The position numbers and the translations under genes were made by a program. The notes beneath the pieces were generated by a model, which was given only the letters and a program-made list of their open reading frames with translations, had not been told where the DNA came from and searched no databases. Source: Tubulanus polymorphus (taxonomy: Eukaryota > Animalia > Nemertea). From it: a stretch of 64,000 nt of DNA. This document shows, one piece after another, positions 12,355 to 26,295 of the stretch. Location: contig NC_134036.1 in assembly GCF_964204645.1 (NCBI RefSeq), forward strand, positions 10,953,859-11,017,858. Direction: 5' to 3'. Numbering within the stretch: position 1 is the stretch's first letter; each line of letters begins with the position of its first letter.

Positions 12355-14017
12355 GTAACAGCTTTTGAGAAATACTGATTCCGAATGCTGACACTGGAAT
12401 AGTGTACAGAATATAGGGTAAACGACAATATATTTATATATTATTGCGATATGATGTTGGCATTGAGCCAATTCATGTAAAATCGCGCTACGTTTTTTTA
12501 TGTGAGCATTTGTTTCATTGGTTCTCGGCTTAAATTACGTATAATCGATGCGATTGAAGACATGGCGAACCATCGTCGATGACATGGTCAACTGAGTTAA
12601 AATTCAACGAAAAACTGTTTTTTGCGGGAAAATTCTTAGCTCTCGCTTATAAAATTTTATGAATAATAATAATGACCTCGATATATTCTACGAGCGAATG
12701 GGATTGGCTGTTTTTGGGATATACGGGGAATTCCGGCATTACTAAAATAATTATGGGAAAGCCATAGAATGGCGTAGGTTTCATTAGACTAGGTGCCGTA
12801 TACATGCGAACTTTAAATGCTCATTGCTGGTGAGGATGTAAATATTTCATACATCCGCCATAGGTATTGTTTCATTGTAATACCCGGTGATTGTTTTGAA
12901 TGAAATTTAAGTGTAAGCGAACATTCACTTACACGAGGCCTCCACGTGCGCACGGAGTGCTACACGACACTCACACAAGCTCGTACAGTACACTACTAAT
13001 GGTGATGATGTAACGCGTGCACGTTTGGCATGAAAATAGGCTGAATGATCCTAGCAGAAGATGAGCGCTGTAATAAATTGCAATTTCTTGTGACCTGAAA
13101 ATATTAAGCAGCAATCCAAAGTATAGGTCGAGGTCTAAATGTAGTAGTCGTTAATTCCTGGATATAACACGATCTGTTATATATTATATCTATTATAACA
13201 CGAACCGGTATTTTAACTTGGCCGCCAACATTGGAAGAGGGGTTTCGAAGACCCAATATTCAGCCACCCTCTGAGATGTGACATCATATGAATTTTAGGC
13301 CATCCCATGTTAATGGTCTTTTTGCCATACCCCCACCGACCCGACTTCAAAGGTACCGAGTGAAAACTTTTTATTGGGATTCATTGAAATACATTTTATT
13401 TTTGATAAAAACGGCCGACCGACCCACTGCCTACGTATGAGGTACGTATGTTTGAATTCAAGTGTGCATCGTGTGAAAACATGCCTTGACATGGGGCCTA
13501 ACTTAAGTTTTCCAGGAAACTGGCAGTGTTCCAATAAGCTGCCATTCATTCTCATAGTGACTATATTAAAAAGCTGGTAACGTACAAGCGCACATATTCA
13601 ATGTACTGTTTCATTTTTAACACAGAGATGACGCTCTGGACGAAGTTATAATTTTAGAATAATTCTCGAAATCTACGCTATTAGACAAATTTCCCGTGCA
13701 CTACGGAGATGATTTTTCAAACAATGCCCTCATTCCAAACAACCTTTAGCTTTCAAGGTAAACCACACTTTGCCCATGGGCATTTTATTATTCAATATCC
13801 AGCATTACAAAGTTTCTTTAATATGGATTGTACACGGACACGCTATCTCTGCAGTGACAGAACCAGAACCGTGACCGGTGTACTAGTATGCAGTGTCATT
13901 GTGTACACTTAAATGACAAGACATTGACATGAATGGACACACCCGTGGCGTCAATCAACTTTTTTTTCAACTATAAAGGACAAAAAGGACGATGGTATTT
14001 AAATAATGTTTATGAAA

Positions 14018-14132
14018 CAGGACCCAGTTCCACAGTTGTGAGTTAAGATTTGAATTTGAGTAAACTCATTGAAAATGAACTAACTTTAACTTAAGAGTTA
14101 ACTCTAACTCACAACTGTGGAACTGGATCCTG
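14018..14132. mobile_element. Palindromic MITE (CAGG...CCTG); related copies at about 45013-45121 and 49021-49130
   Basis: About 28-bp TIRs CAGGACCCAGTTCCACAGTTGTGAGTTA / TAACTCACAACTGTGGAACTGGATCCTG; absent from the duplicate segment near 17790. Confidence 0.8.
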
Positions 14133-14429
14133 ATGAATTCATGAAACTGACATCAAAACTGGGGTTAGTTTTTTACAAAACAGGTTATTTTGCATTCCTT
14201 CACCATTTGAATTATCAGGTTGTAAAAATGCTACAGCTAATCACCCGCCCTAAAATAGAGCCTTAAGTAGTCCAAGAGTTATCTGATCGGTAGTAAAATG
14301 TTACATCGACTATATAACCAAAATAGTGTTAGACTGGACTTAAATCTAAGCTAGGCCACCGGTTGACGCGGATAGTCGGTATGCCGTAGGTGATTGGCAG
14401 GATGAAATCTTACATTAATGTTATAAGTT

Positions 14430-14497
14430 ACCCTCCTGGTCAGGAGGGCTTCAAAAATCAGTCAATAGACTCATTGGTTGTTCCTCTCCACGGAAAT
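14430..14497 (-). pseudogene. U5 snRNA 3'-half fragment
   Basis: Reverse complement ATTTCCGTGGAGAGGAACAA...Sm-like GATTTTTG plus the 3' stem-loop; 5' half missing. Confidence 0.8.
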
Positions 14498-14861
14498 TAA
14501 AAAAAAAAATCTTATCTTTCTTTTATTGGGAACGTGTCCCTCAATTGATTGACCCCATTTACAACGGCGCTTATCACCCACCTGGGTCTAGTGGGGAGCT
14601 GAATCGAGGTGGGGGGTCGAAACCCCCGCTTCTAAATACAATGAGGTTACATTGATTAAACTAAGTTGTTAAATCTATACATTTAGATTTACAGTATAGA
14701 ACCAAGAGATTGACCCCGTTATTTAGTTGGCTGGTTGTGATTGAATGACAGTACATTTCCTATATTATTGTCATAAGGAGGGCTTTTAAAATTAAGTCCA
14801 TAGACTCATTGATTGTTCCTCTCCACGGAAGTCTTTAGTAAAAGGCGAAAGATTTAAACGA

Positions 14862-15500
<639 letters not shown>

Positions 15501-16532
15501 TAAACGAGGTTGAAGAGAAACCAGAGTACCTACCTACCCTGAGTCCTCGAGGTATTCATACCCCGAAACCATTACCTTTACACACGGTGTTTTACTTTCG
15601 ACAAAATTTAGATTTTTTCCCGCCACAAAATCGGTCTTTTAGCCAGAAGTTTCCACAGATTTCAGTCTGAATTTTATCCAAATTTATATCACATTTAATA
15701 AGATCAATCAACAAGCAATGATGCTACAGTTACAAATATATGATTATATTCATGACGATGGTATCTCGTTTTCCGTGAGTGCTCGGTAAATTCCGTCAAT
15801 CTCCGACTAGGGGCACGACTCACACTCGGCACCCTCTTATGTGACTCGGACCAAATCGTCTCAGTATGATCGCGGCTAAACATTAGCTAAACTGCCTAAC
15901 TTTGGAGTGTCATAGATTCGAACACAGTTATTACTGAACTAGGTTTCTTTAACAGTACAGAATATTTTTTATCTTAAAATAAGGATTGACCCAGTTATCT
16001 ATTTGATTGGTAAATTCCGTTTGATTCTCGATCTTGGTGTCCCTACAAACCCACCACACCTGCCGGGAGCGAAACAGGGGGTTTGTTATCGGCCCCGAAT
16101 GACCATACAAACTGTGAAATGAGAACTCTCGTATTCATGTGTGTGGTTTGTGTGAAAGCGATGCGCGATTATTTCAGTAAAATATTCCAGAAAGATTCAC
16201 CTTTATCTACATAAATATGTATGAATAGAGAAAATTTAGTACCGAAGGCTTAACAAAACTTTATCTAATAAGATATGAGAATTAGTTTCAATTCACTCCT
16301 CTCCGACCGATCTAGAACACATCTATTCAAATGTTCCACGATGGTCTATAAGCTGAACTGCATTCAACAGAGATGAAATAATGATAACTTGGTAAAACGT
16401 GGCTTGATTGGTCCGATATACTCGGCAGGAGTCTGATGTAACCAGGGTTCAATTTACTTCAATTTATCATTTAACAGATCGTTCAACATGATTCGTACAA
16501 TAGGACGCTACCGATAGACACATCAGTCGAAA

Positions 16533-17611
16533 ATGATCACTACTAGCGACAATACGACAAGTGGCCCGGTCCCGCAGCTCAGCTGGTGTCAGAGAGTCCA
16601 AACTCGTCCGGTTAGATTTAGGTTCAGTTTCAACATTAGAATGTATTTAGGATGTTATCTACCGGCGTCTGTACTGGGTATAACATTCAACGCATTCACG
16701 TTGTTAGTTCTAAAACGGTTTAAATCTGATGTTTATTTTCTCATCAAAATTCTCGCTATAAACGATATTTTGTTTATGGTCGCTACATTCATTCTTTATC
16801 CGCTGAGAACTGCGTACATTTACGTCGTTTTGGGAGATATTTTGTTCCGCGTAGATGACTGGATGTTCGGGTGGATTTTTTTTTTAATATCTTTGCCGTT
16901 TTTTTATATATTTCAGATGACACGTAACTGGTGCACTGTACTGCTCAGTCTAGAGCGGTTAATCGTCGTATTGTTTCCAATAAAATCTCGTAGAATTCCC
17001 AGAAAGCTGATCGCACAGGGCGCAATGTTATTTATTTCTTTGTTGGCTTTTTGTGGTCATTTAGGTCAATTTCTACCCCGCAAACATCTTGGATTCATGA
17101 ACTGTCCTTACTATTGGCCTTATATCACAAGACGGCGTGGAGTGATCCGGTACAATTTTGCAATATCCTTCTGGATTTATTCAGTTTCTGAGCGTATTTT
17201 TTTCTTCTTTCTCACTGTCACGTTTCCACTGTTCATTTTGGTTTTCATCAATGTAATTCTTATTTCGGTGACATTTTACCGTCGGGTTACTCGACTTTCA
17301 CAGCTCGGTATAACTGATGAATCGTCTAGAAGGGAAATGAGGGTTTTAAGGATGGTTTTATCAGTTGTTTTCGTGTTTATTATTTGCGAAGGTTTGGGAT
17401 TTGTGGATCGTAGAAGAAATTTGTTCCCCATAGGAATTATCGGTTTTTCTTTTAGATTAATCGCTTGGCATTTTCTATTGTTGATTCGTCAGTAAATTTC
17501 ATTATATATTGTGTGACAAATGACAAATTCAGAAAATCGTCCTTTGACATTCTAAGTAAAGCTTGTTCTAGAAGAGGTTCTTGTTTTCGATGGATAGCTG
17601 GCGTGAGTTGA
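16533..17611 (+). pseudogene. Intronless rhodopsin-family peptide GPCR (FMRFamide-receptor-like), one frameshift before TM7
   Basis: TM1 GITFN, TM2 LAINDILF, TM3 RNWCTVLLSLERL..V.FP, TM6 VFIICEG. TM7 DSSVNFIIYC and helix 8 KFR are in a shifted frame ending TGA at 17611. Confidence 0.82.
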
Positions 17612-18095
17612 GATGAGACAATTCTACAGTGGAACTCGCTCCGGATTTTTGTAGAAAAACCCACAATTAAATTTTTAAGAAAATCTCGGAAGAGAATCTA
17701 ATACAGAGGCATCAAAACTGTCCGAACATTTCTCAAACTGGAAAATAAAAGGACAAAAAGGACGATGGTATTTAAATAATGTTTATGCAAGAGATTGATT
17801 CATAAAACTGACATCAAAACTGGGGTTAGTTTTTTTTTTAACAAAACAAGTTAATCTGCATTCCTTGACCATTTGAAATATCAGGTTGTAAAAATGCTAC
17901 AGCAAATCACCCACCCTAAAATAGAGCCTTAAGTAGTCCAAGAGTTATCAGATCGGTAGTAAAATGTTACATCGACTATAAAACCAAAATAGTCTTAGAC
18001 TGGACTTAAATCTAAGTTAGGCCACCGGTTGACGCGGATAGTCGGTATGCCGTAGGTGATTGGCTGGACGCCATTTTATGTAAGTGTTGTAAGTT

Positions 18096-18214
18096 ACCCT
18101 CCTGGTGAGGAGGGCTTCAAAAATCAGTCAATAGACTCATTGATTGTTCCTCTCCACGGAAATCTTTAGTAAAAGGCGAAAGATTTAAACGGGGTTGAAG
18201 AGAAACATGAGTAC
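18096..18214 (-). ncRNA. RNU5: U5 spliceosomal snRNA, full length
   Basis: Reverse complement GTACTC..TTTCTCTTCAA..TAAATCTTTCGCCTTTTACTAAAGATTTCCGTGGAGAGGAACAA..GATTTTTG..GCCCTCCTCACCAGGAGGGT: invariant loop I, Sm-like site and 3' stem-loop. Confidence 0.9.
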
Positions 18215-18260
18215 CTCTACCCTGAGTCCTCGAGGTATTCATACCCCGAAACCATTTTTG

Positions 18261-18277
18261 CCTTTATACACGGTGTT
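18261..18277 (-). promoter_or_regulatory. Putative snRNA proximal sequence element (PSE); second copy at 15575-15591
   Basis: ACACCGTGTATAAAGG at about -47 to -62 from the U5 5' end; resembles the metazoan PSE (TCACC...AAAG) and is conserved in both copies. Confidence 0.6.
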
Positions 18278-19342
18278 TTACTTTCGCCAAAATTCAGATT
18301 TTTTCCGCCACAAAATCGGTCTTTTAGCCAGAAGGTTCCACAGATTTCAGTCATAATTTTATCCAAATTTATATTACACTTAATTAGATCAATCAACAAG
18401 CAATGATGCTACAGTTACAAATATATGATTATATTCATGATGATGGTATCTCGTTTTCCGTGAGCACTCGGTAAATTCCGTCAATCTCCGACCACGCCCA
18501 CGTGTCCTACAATGGACACGCGTATTGTGACATCTGGGGTCACCTGGCACGTGACCGATACTCTGACCACAGGGTGAAAAGTACCAATATCCGACCTCGT
18601 ATTTATGACGTATTCTTAACGGATAATGGTCGTATATGTTTGATATCTGACCCCAATCCGTAACTGACATTGAAGAATCCGGGAAAACGGATCTGCGTAT
18701 GTATTGATAGATCCCCGACCATACGTCGGTTGTCCGTTGCTGATACTTAGACAGATACGCAACTGACACTTGACGTATGCTTGACGGATTAAAGAAATCC
18801 GACTCGACGGTTTCGACGAGTTGAAACAATTATCCGCAGTATCCGCATCGGTTATATGACGTATTCTTTGATTAGTCATAACCGCAATGAATGGATACAT
18901 TGCGGATTCGAAGCGATTATCCCGTATATGCAAACGTATTTTGATTGGACACCCGTCTGTTGATCCCCATACGAACGGATATATGCGGTTTCGTGAATAA
19001 TCTGTATTACGTATTCTTTTGTTTTAGTACTTTCAGCACTTATATACGCACTGCAGGCAACAGGATCCGCAAAGCATATACGAGCTCTAGATATCTCGGG
19101 AATTCTTTCTCCGCTATACGTATGTCCGTGTCTATATTATGCATTTTGATCAAGTGTACAAAACCAATGAAAAATAAGAAAACTACGATGATATACTGAT
19201 ATAATGAATGTTAAGATTTCTTTTATTTAGATGTTATATGTTTTCATTGGATCATGACAAGTTCTAGTTATGTTTAAATAAAAACTATTTAAAAACTGTT
19301 TAAAAATAACTAGCCCGGCCAACAAACACTTTCAGTAAACTT

Positions 19343-19600
19343 CCCCTAACAAAAAAATCACACATGTGATTTTTTAAAAAACACGTGTGATTCACATGTG
19401 TAAAAATGGGACATTATCACACATGTGATTTTGAATGTGAATCACACGTGTGATTTTGTATGTGAATCACACGTGTGATTTTCTAATCTAATTAACCCAT
19501 TTTTACACATGTGAATCGTACGTGTGATACGGCCCTGAATGTAAATCACACATGTCACATAACACAGTCATGTGTGATTTTTAACGCATGTGATCTGCAG
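19343..19600. repeat. Array of CACA(C/T)GTGTGA palindromic motifs, probably subterminal repeats of a DNA transposon end
   Basis: More than ten ACACGTGT/ACATGTGA motifs following CCCTAACAAAAAAAT. Confidence 0.6.
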
Positions 19601-20619
19601 TCATCCTCATTGTTCAAGCTCCACACGACTGTATTCAAGAAGAAGTATAAGCACACATTCATAATGGTCAAAATTTGACCACTTCTTTCATTGTTTCATC
19701 CATATTTCACAATTTCCTAAAAACTCATTGCCTGAAAGGAGATCCACATAGTGGCAAAACAAAATGAAGTTTCAAAATTACCAACCAAATGTAATAACTC
19801 ACTTGTGTAAGCTTACATGTTGATGGGAATTTTATTTTCAAATATTTACAGATTTACTTCGTCAATTTATACTGTTTCAGCATTTGTCCAATTTTCTTTC
19901 TAATTTGGGCCGCGATAACCCCCAATCAACAATTCAGAACATGATCTGGAATGAGACAAAATTATAAAACATTCAAATACTACACACAATTCCAAACAAT
20001 AAATCAATCAATCAATATCCCTAATATCAATCATCTGATGAAAAAAGCCAAAGTTACATTATTATGATAAGTGAAACCAGATCGAAAATAAACGGCGCTA
20101 CTTTTACACTAGCTTATAAATTTTTTCAATCAACACTTACCATAACAGGACTCAAAACCTCTTTTTCAGTAATTTGTTCCGGCTGAAAGTATACGTTTCA
20201 TTCTCCATGTAGATAAATTACTACTCGAGGAAATGTACTGACTCCCTAGATTAATAACGGAAAATTCCATTTTAATTTGTAAATGATTCATTCAAATGTA
20301 GAAAGAATTGGCAAATACTGTTCAATACCGGCTGATCATTCAGTTTAGGAATTATACAGTATAGTATGCAAACGAGTGTCTTTTTCCTGGACATATCGTG
20401 ATTTGATTATTATTCCATTATTTAACTGAAATGCACACGGTTATGAAAATATATTATAGTTTCAAATTACTTTTAATATTTGTTTTTAATGAACTCGACC
20501 ATTCAACCTTTAACCCGAAAGCCCATTACCCCTATTACTCTTAAAATATTCATATAAATGAATAACATTTAAATCATTGAACTTCTAAAATCAATTTTAA
20601 TAAAAAATTTAGTATTAAA

Positions 20620-23600
20620 ATGGAAGCAAATAAGTACTACTGTCCATCATGTAATATCAATATAGATAAATCCCAAAAAGCAAGACACAATAAAACTAAT
20701 ACACATTTAGAGAATAAATTGAAACTAGAATATAAAGATGATATATTAGAAACTAAATTAGAAGAATTAAAGAATGAAAAAGAAACATATAAATGTGATG
20801 CATGTAATCAATCATTCAGTGATAAAAGATATTATAAAGAACATTTAAAATCTATAAGTCATATTAGAAATAAGAATAATGATATTTTAGGTGAAGATTA
20901 TTTTGATAATGATAACGATAAGAAACAGAAGACAATTAAAAGCATAAAAAATAAATTAAACAATAAAAGACCATACATGGAAGATGTAAGAAATTATATT
21001 AATTCATTAGATAATAAAAAAGATATAGAGATAACCGAAGCATTTAAAAGTGATATTGGCCCAGCAGCTATTGAGTTTAAATTTCATAAAGGAAAAACAT
21101 TAGAAGAAAATAAAAAACATTTAGAAAATATGAAAGAAATAATAAAAATAATAACTGATGTTGAATATCCTAAAATAAGTATTTCATCAAAAGTTAAATT
21201 CATAAAATCTGAAGATAAACCAATATATAATATAAATTCTCATTCACAACATATTATATCTAAACAACATATAGATCATAAATTAGATAAATGTTCTAAT
21301 GAAGTAAAAACTAAAATAGAAGAGAAATATTTTGAAGGATCTGGTTTAATATTTGATGAAATAATATTTATGACTTTACATGTTTATAACACAAAATATA
21401 ATAAGTTAACTAAATCAAAACCAATTGATGAAAATAATTTATCATATTATAAAGATGATAGTATAAATGGAACAAGTTATAATAAACTACCATTTAAAAC
21501 TTATGCTGTAATAAATGTACAAAATTTTGATGATAAATGTTTACTATGGACTATAATAAGTTGTTTACATCCTGCAACTAATAATATTTGTAGATTAACT
21601 CATTATAAACCATTTGAAAATAATTATAAGATAGATAAGTATCCTGTTAGAATTAAAAACGTCCCAAAGATAGAAAGAGATAATAATTTAAGAATAAATG
21701 TATTTGATTTAATCAAATTACCAAATACAAAAGGTAACAATATAAAACATTATACATTAGAACCTTTATATCTATCAAAAGATTATGATTCAAATGATGT
21801 TATAGATATATTATATCATGAGAATCATTGTATGTGGATTAAACAAATAGATTTATTTTTTAAATCAGAAAATGATCACCATAAAATATATCTTTGTAGA
21901 AAATGTTTACATAAATTCAGTAATGAAAGTACATTATTAAATCATAAACAATTATGTGAAAATCATGATTATTGTAAATTAGTTTTACCAAATGAAAAGT
22001 ATAAAATATTAGAATTCAAAAACTATGATTACAAAAATAAAGTACCATTTGTAATATATGGAGATTTTGAATCATTAAATAAAGAACTAACTGATCAAGA
22101 TAGAAAAGAAATATATTATAAAAGAAAGAAATTAAATTCTAATGAAAATGATTTTTCAGATGAACCACCAAAAACAAATACAATTAAAAAGATTCATCAA
22201 TCAGCTGCTGCTTTCGGGTTATATATAAAATCTGATTATCCAGAACTAATTGAAAGTGAATATTATCATTACAGAAATGAAAATGTTATCAATGATTTTT
22301 GTGACTTATTAATTGAATATGAAATAAGATTTAGTAAATTATTGAATACAAATATAGAAATTATAATGACAGAAGAATTTAAAGAAGAATTTGTGTTTGC
22401 AGGTAAATGTTATTATTGTGAAAAGATATTTAATTATAAAGATAAAAAAGTAAGAGACCATGATCATTTGAATGGAAAGTTTAGAGGCGCTGCACATGAA
22501 AATTGTAACTTACAAGCTAAGAAAATTAACTTTGTACCAGTTATATTTCATAATCTATCAGGATATGATGCACATTTATTCATCAAACAGTTATGCCATA
22601 AAATAGAAAAAATCAATAATGAAATAGAAATATTAAATTCAAATAGATCAAAAGATAAAATACCAACTTATAAATTTAGAATGTTAGCTAAAACATCTGA
22701 GAATTATATATCATTCCAATTTGGGTGTTAAAGATTTATAGATTCATATAGATTTTTAAATAGTTCATTAGATAACTTACCAAAATCATTAGTTGATGAT
22801 GAATTAAAGATATTAAACAACATTACCCAAATAATGATGATTTTAAATTAATGAGATATAAAGGAGCAATTCCATATTCATTTTATAAGAATCATAATGA
22901 TTTCAATATAACTGAATTATGGAAAGAACAATTCTATGATGAATTAAAAAATGAATATGTTAAAGATGAAGTCTATAATAGAACATTGAATATTTGGAAT
23001 CATTTCAAAATAGAAAATCATGGACAATTAGTAGATATATATTTAAAATCAGATGTATTATTATTAACCGATATATTCGAAAGGTTTAGAGATGTAAACC
23101 TAAAATATTTCAATATTGATCCTTTTCATTGTTATTCATCACCAGGTTTAACATGGGATTGTGGATTAAAATTTACAAATATAAAAATGGATTTGTTAAC
23201 AAATATAGATCAATTATTATTATTTGAAAAATCTATAAGAGGAGGAGTTTCAGGTGTATTAGGGGATAGATATTTCAATGTAAATGATAACCCCGGATAT
23301 AAGTTATTATATATAGATGCAAATAATCTTTATGGTTGGGCAATGATGGAACCACAACCTTATGGAGTATTTGGATTTAAATCTAGAAATCTAGCATACT
23401 GTCCCGAACATAAAACTGTAACTCATGAAGAATTATCAAATTACCAAAAAAGAATTAAACCCGAAAATCATATTCATACAGAAAAGTTAATGGTAACTCA
23501 AGAAGATAAATATAATTATGTAGTACATTATAGAATGTTAAAGTTTTATTTGAATCAAGGAATGATCCTAAAAAAAGTACATAGATATATTTCATTTAGT

Positions 23601-24522
23601 CAATCTAAGTGGTTAGAAAAATATATAGATTTTAACACCAAACAGAGAACTAAAGCTAAAACTGATTTCGAAAAAAGATTTCTTCAAGTTAATGAATAAT
23701 GCATTCTATGGTAAGACTTGTGAAAATATTAGAAATAGAAATGATATTGAGTTAGTCAGTAATGGTAAAAGAATTAGACATTTACAAACATATCCTAAGT
23801 TCATTGGAAACAGAATATTTGATGAAAATTTAGCCGCAGTTAAGATGAGAAGAACATCAATGAAATTTAATAAACCAATCTATGTTGGCGCTTCAGTTTT
23901 AGAATTATCAAAATTACTAATGTATGAATTCTATTATAACGTATTACAACCTCATTTTGGAGAAAAACATATAGAAATATTATATTTTGATACCGATTCT
24001 TACATATTAAAGATAAAAACTGATAACATAACTGATGATTTAAAAACATTAAAACATCATTTTGATTTTAGTAATTATCCTAAAGATCATGAATTGTTTA
24101 GCAATGATAATAAAAAAGTTCCCGGTAAATTCAAAGATAAATTAGGTGGTGAAGAAATGATTGAATTCATTGGTATTAGATCTAAAATGTATTCATATAA
24201 AACTAAAGAACATGAAGCTAAAAAGTTAAAAGGAATAACCAAAAGTGTAGTAGAAAAGAATATTCATTTCAAAGATTACATCAATTGTATATTCAAAGAA
24301 GAAGTTAGAAAACATAAGATGAGATGTTTAAGATCTGAAGATCATGAAATGTTTATTGAAGAAATTGAAAAGATAAGTCTAAACCCATTTGATGATAAAA
24401 GATATATTTTAGATGATGGAATTCATACAGTTGCTTATGGTTGCAATTTAGATGAATACTTAAAATTTAAAAGAGAAGAAACAAAAGAGAACGAGATAAT
24501 GAAAAGAATTCTAACGTGTTAA
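20620..24522 (+). pseudogene. pPolB of E2 (intein-free), with Zn fingers, a vOTU-like region and an EndoVII-like Zn domain
   Basis: DKCLLWTIISCLHP, YGDFES, DHDHLNGKFRGAAHENCN, FHNLSGYD, YIDANNLYGWAM, MNNAFYGK, YFDTDS, KMYS, KLKG, FDDKRY. TAA at 22729 and frameshifts near 22820 and 23670. Confidence 0.95.
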
Positions 24523-24551
24523 TCAAATTTTAATAAAAATATGTTATTAAA

Positions 24552-24911
24552 ATGGAGAGTAAACAAGCACACAGTGAGAACAACAAATTATTTCTAGATA
24601 GAATTAAACATATAACAAATGTAAAATCTGTAGATTATAAACTCAAAAAGTTAACAGAATTAACAATTGATAAGAAATATCTAATTACAAATATTGATAC
24701 AGTTACTAATAACTATGGAGATAAATTAGTTATACACTTAGAATATGAAGGATTAAAAGGAAATACATATAAATTCAGAACATATTTACCTGATAGATTT
24801 CATAGATTATCAAGTGAAGATTTAGAAGAATTATGTTCTGGAGATTTCTATTTCGTATACAAAGGTAAGAATGGGCACCAAGAGGGGCACCATGAAATAG
24901 ATTTCGAATAA
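24552..24911 (+). CDS. Conserved Polinton small protein, 119 aa (possible OB-fold DNA-binding protein)
   Basis: Intact ORF right after pol with motif KKLxEL..Y.I...T..YG...YLPxRF; the fold call is inference. Confidence 0.6.
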   Translation: MESKQAHSENNKLFLDRIKHITNVKSVDYKLKKLTELTIDKKYLITNIDTVTNNYGDKLVIHLEYEGLKGNTYKFRTYLPDRFHRLSSEDLEELCSGDFYFVYKGKNGHQEGHHEIDFE

Positions 24912-24928
24912 GAAAATATGTAAAATAA

Positions 24929-25690
24929 ATGGTAGAATTAAAAGAATACAGAATATTTGTAGATTCTAGAAGACTTACAAATTATAAATCTCATAATTTA
25001 CTAGTTCAATTAGATAGGGAATATAAAAATTGTGTAGATTTAAAATTAGTAAATATAAGTTTATGTAACTCATTTTACAGTATATCGAATAAAACTATTG
25101 AACAAAGAGCTTTTTTAATTTTTAATAAAAACAAAAATGAATGGGTCTATATATATTTAAAACCAGGGTTATATAATTTAGATACATTGGCACAAGAAAT
25201 TAATAGAAAAGCCTGGCACAAATTAGGTAGTAGTTCTGGGTTTAGTATTAGATTTTTAAAAAGTGAGAGTTCTGATAGAATAAAGATAAGGTTGTCTAAT
25301 AGTGAAAAACATAAATTTATCGTAAAAAAACCTATAGCTAAACTGTTAGGAATTCTTCCAGATAGATCTTTTACAAATATTGATGCTGTTACACCAAACT
25401 TAATACCTCACACACATTTTTATATTTATTGCAATTTAATCGATCCTACAAAAACATTCGAAGCAACTAAAGATATAACTTGTAATTCTGGTTTACTAAA
25501 CATTTTACCATTGAAGAATGTTAAAGAATTTGGAACGCAAATAAATTATAATTTAACAGAGTGTGATTTCAAACCTAGCATTCCTCGTTTTAATAATTTT
25601 AGATTAGAAATTAGAAATCATAATGGATACTTAATTGATTTAAATAATTTCCCTGTAATTTATGAATTAGTTATAAGATGTAGAGAGTAA
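24929..25690 (+). CDS. Minor capsid protein (penton), 253 aa
   Basis: IFVDS start, PGLYN, LLGI, FYIYCNLID and C-terminal LEIRNHNGYLIDLNNFPVIYEL, typical of Polinton/virophage pentons. Confidence 0.8.
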   Translation: MVELKEYRIFVDSRRLTNYKSHNLLVQLDREYKNCVDLKLVNISLCNSFYSISNKTIEQRAFLIFNKNKNEWVYIYLKPGLYNLDTLAQEINRKAWHKLGSSSGFSIRFLKSESSDRIKIRLSNSEKHKFIVKKPIAKLLGILPDRSFTNIDAVTPNLIPHTHFYIYCNLIDPTKTFEATKDITCNSGLLNILPLKNVKEFGTQINYNLTECDFKPSIPRFNNFRLEIRNHNGYLIDLNNFPVIYELVIRCRE

Positions 25691-25707
25691 TTTTTTTCAC
25701 TATATAA

Positions 25708-26049
25708 ATGAATATAACTGTTGGACCGAGTATATGTTTTGGGTTTGATTTTAAACATGGTAAAGAAATGAGAATTAAACTAAATGATGTAATTACTGAT
25801 ATAAAAAGTAAATCATTTAACAATGCATCAATGATTGATAAAGAAAATTATAATATAGAAAAAGTAATTGATTTAATTAAAACGCCTTTAGAATATTATG
25901 AATTAAATGAAGATGGAATTATTGAAGATATCAAAAACATATTATCCAAAATATATGATAATCATGAAAGTAGTAATGAAATAAATGTTGAATTAATCAT
26001 AAATAAGATAACTAAATATTTTGATGATAGTAATTTCTTTAATAAATAA
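25708..26049 (+). CDS. Hypothetical viral protein, 113 aa
   Basis: Intact ORF with the shared TAATTTTTT-N-TAAATG start context. Confidence 0.65.
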   Translation: MNITVGPSICFGFDFKHGKEMRIKLNDVITDIKSKSFNNASMIDKENYNIEKVIDLIKTPLEYYELNEDGIIEDIKNILSKIYDNHESSNEINVELIINKITKYFDDSNFFNK

Positions 26050-26271
26050 ATGAGTGATAATAAGTGGATAATAACTGGATTATATAATGGAGCATTACTA
26101 TCAGTTGGAACTGTTGGTTATTCAATGGTATTAAAAAAAGTATTCAAAATGGGAAGTGTTAATGTTGATAGATTTGATATAAATGATATCTTAAAATTAA
26201 CATTAGGAGTTACTTTATCTAATTTAACTTTTGATTATTTGGAAAAACAAAAATATATTCCTCCCATATAA
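26050..26271 (+). CDS. Small hydrophobic viral protein, 73 aa
   Basis: Intact ORF with two amphipathic/hydrophobic segments; the upstream gene's stop forms TAAATG with this start. Confidence 0.7.
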   Translation: MSDNKWIITGLYNGALLSVGTVGYSMVLKKVFKMGSVNVDRFDINDILKLTLGVTLSNLTFDYLEKQKYIPPI

Positions 26272-26295
26272 ATGCGTAATTATTTTACTAAATAA

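Noticed and set aside
18563-19180. ORFs in the CGTAT/ATACG-rich GC block
   Set aside because: No protein motifs; more likely a non-coding transposon end, but the boundaries could not be defined.
20380-20430. True left terminus and TSD of E2
   Set aside because: No AGTA start and no match to the right flank (AACACT or CAATAGGT); the left end appears truncated.
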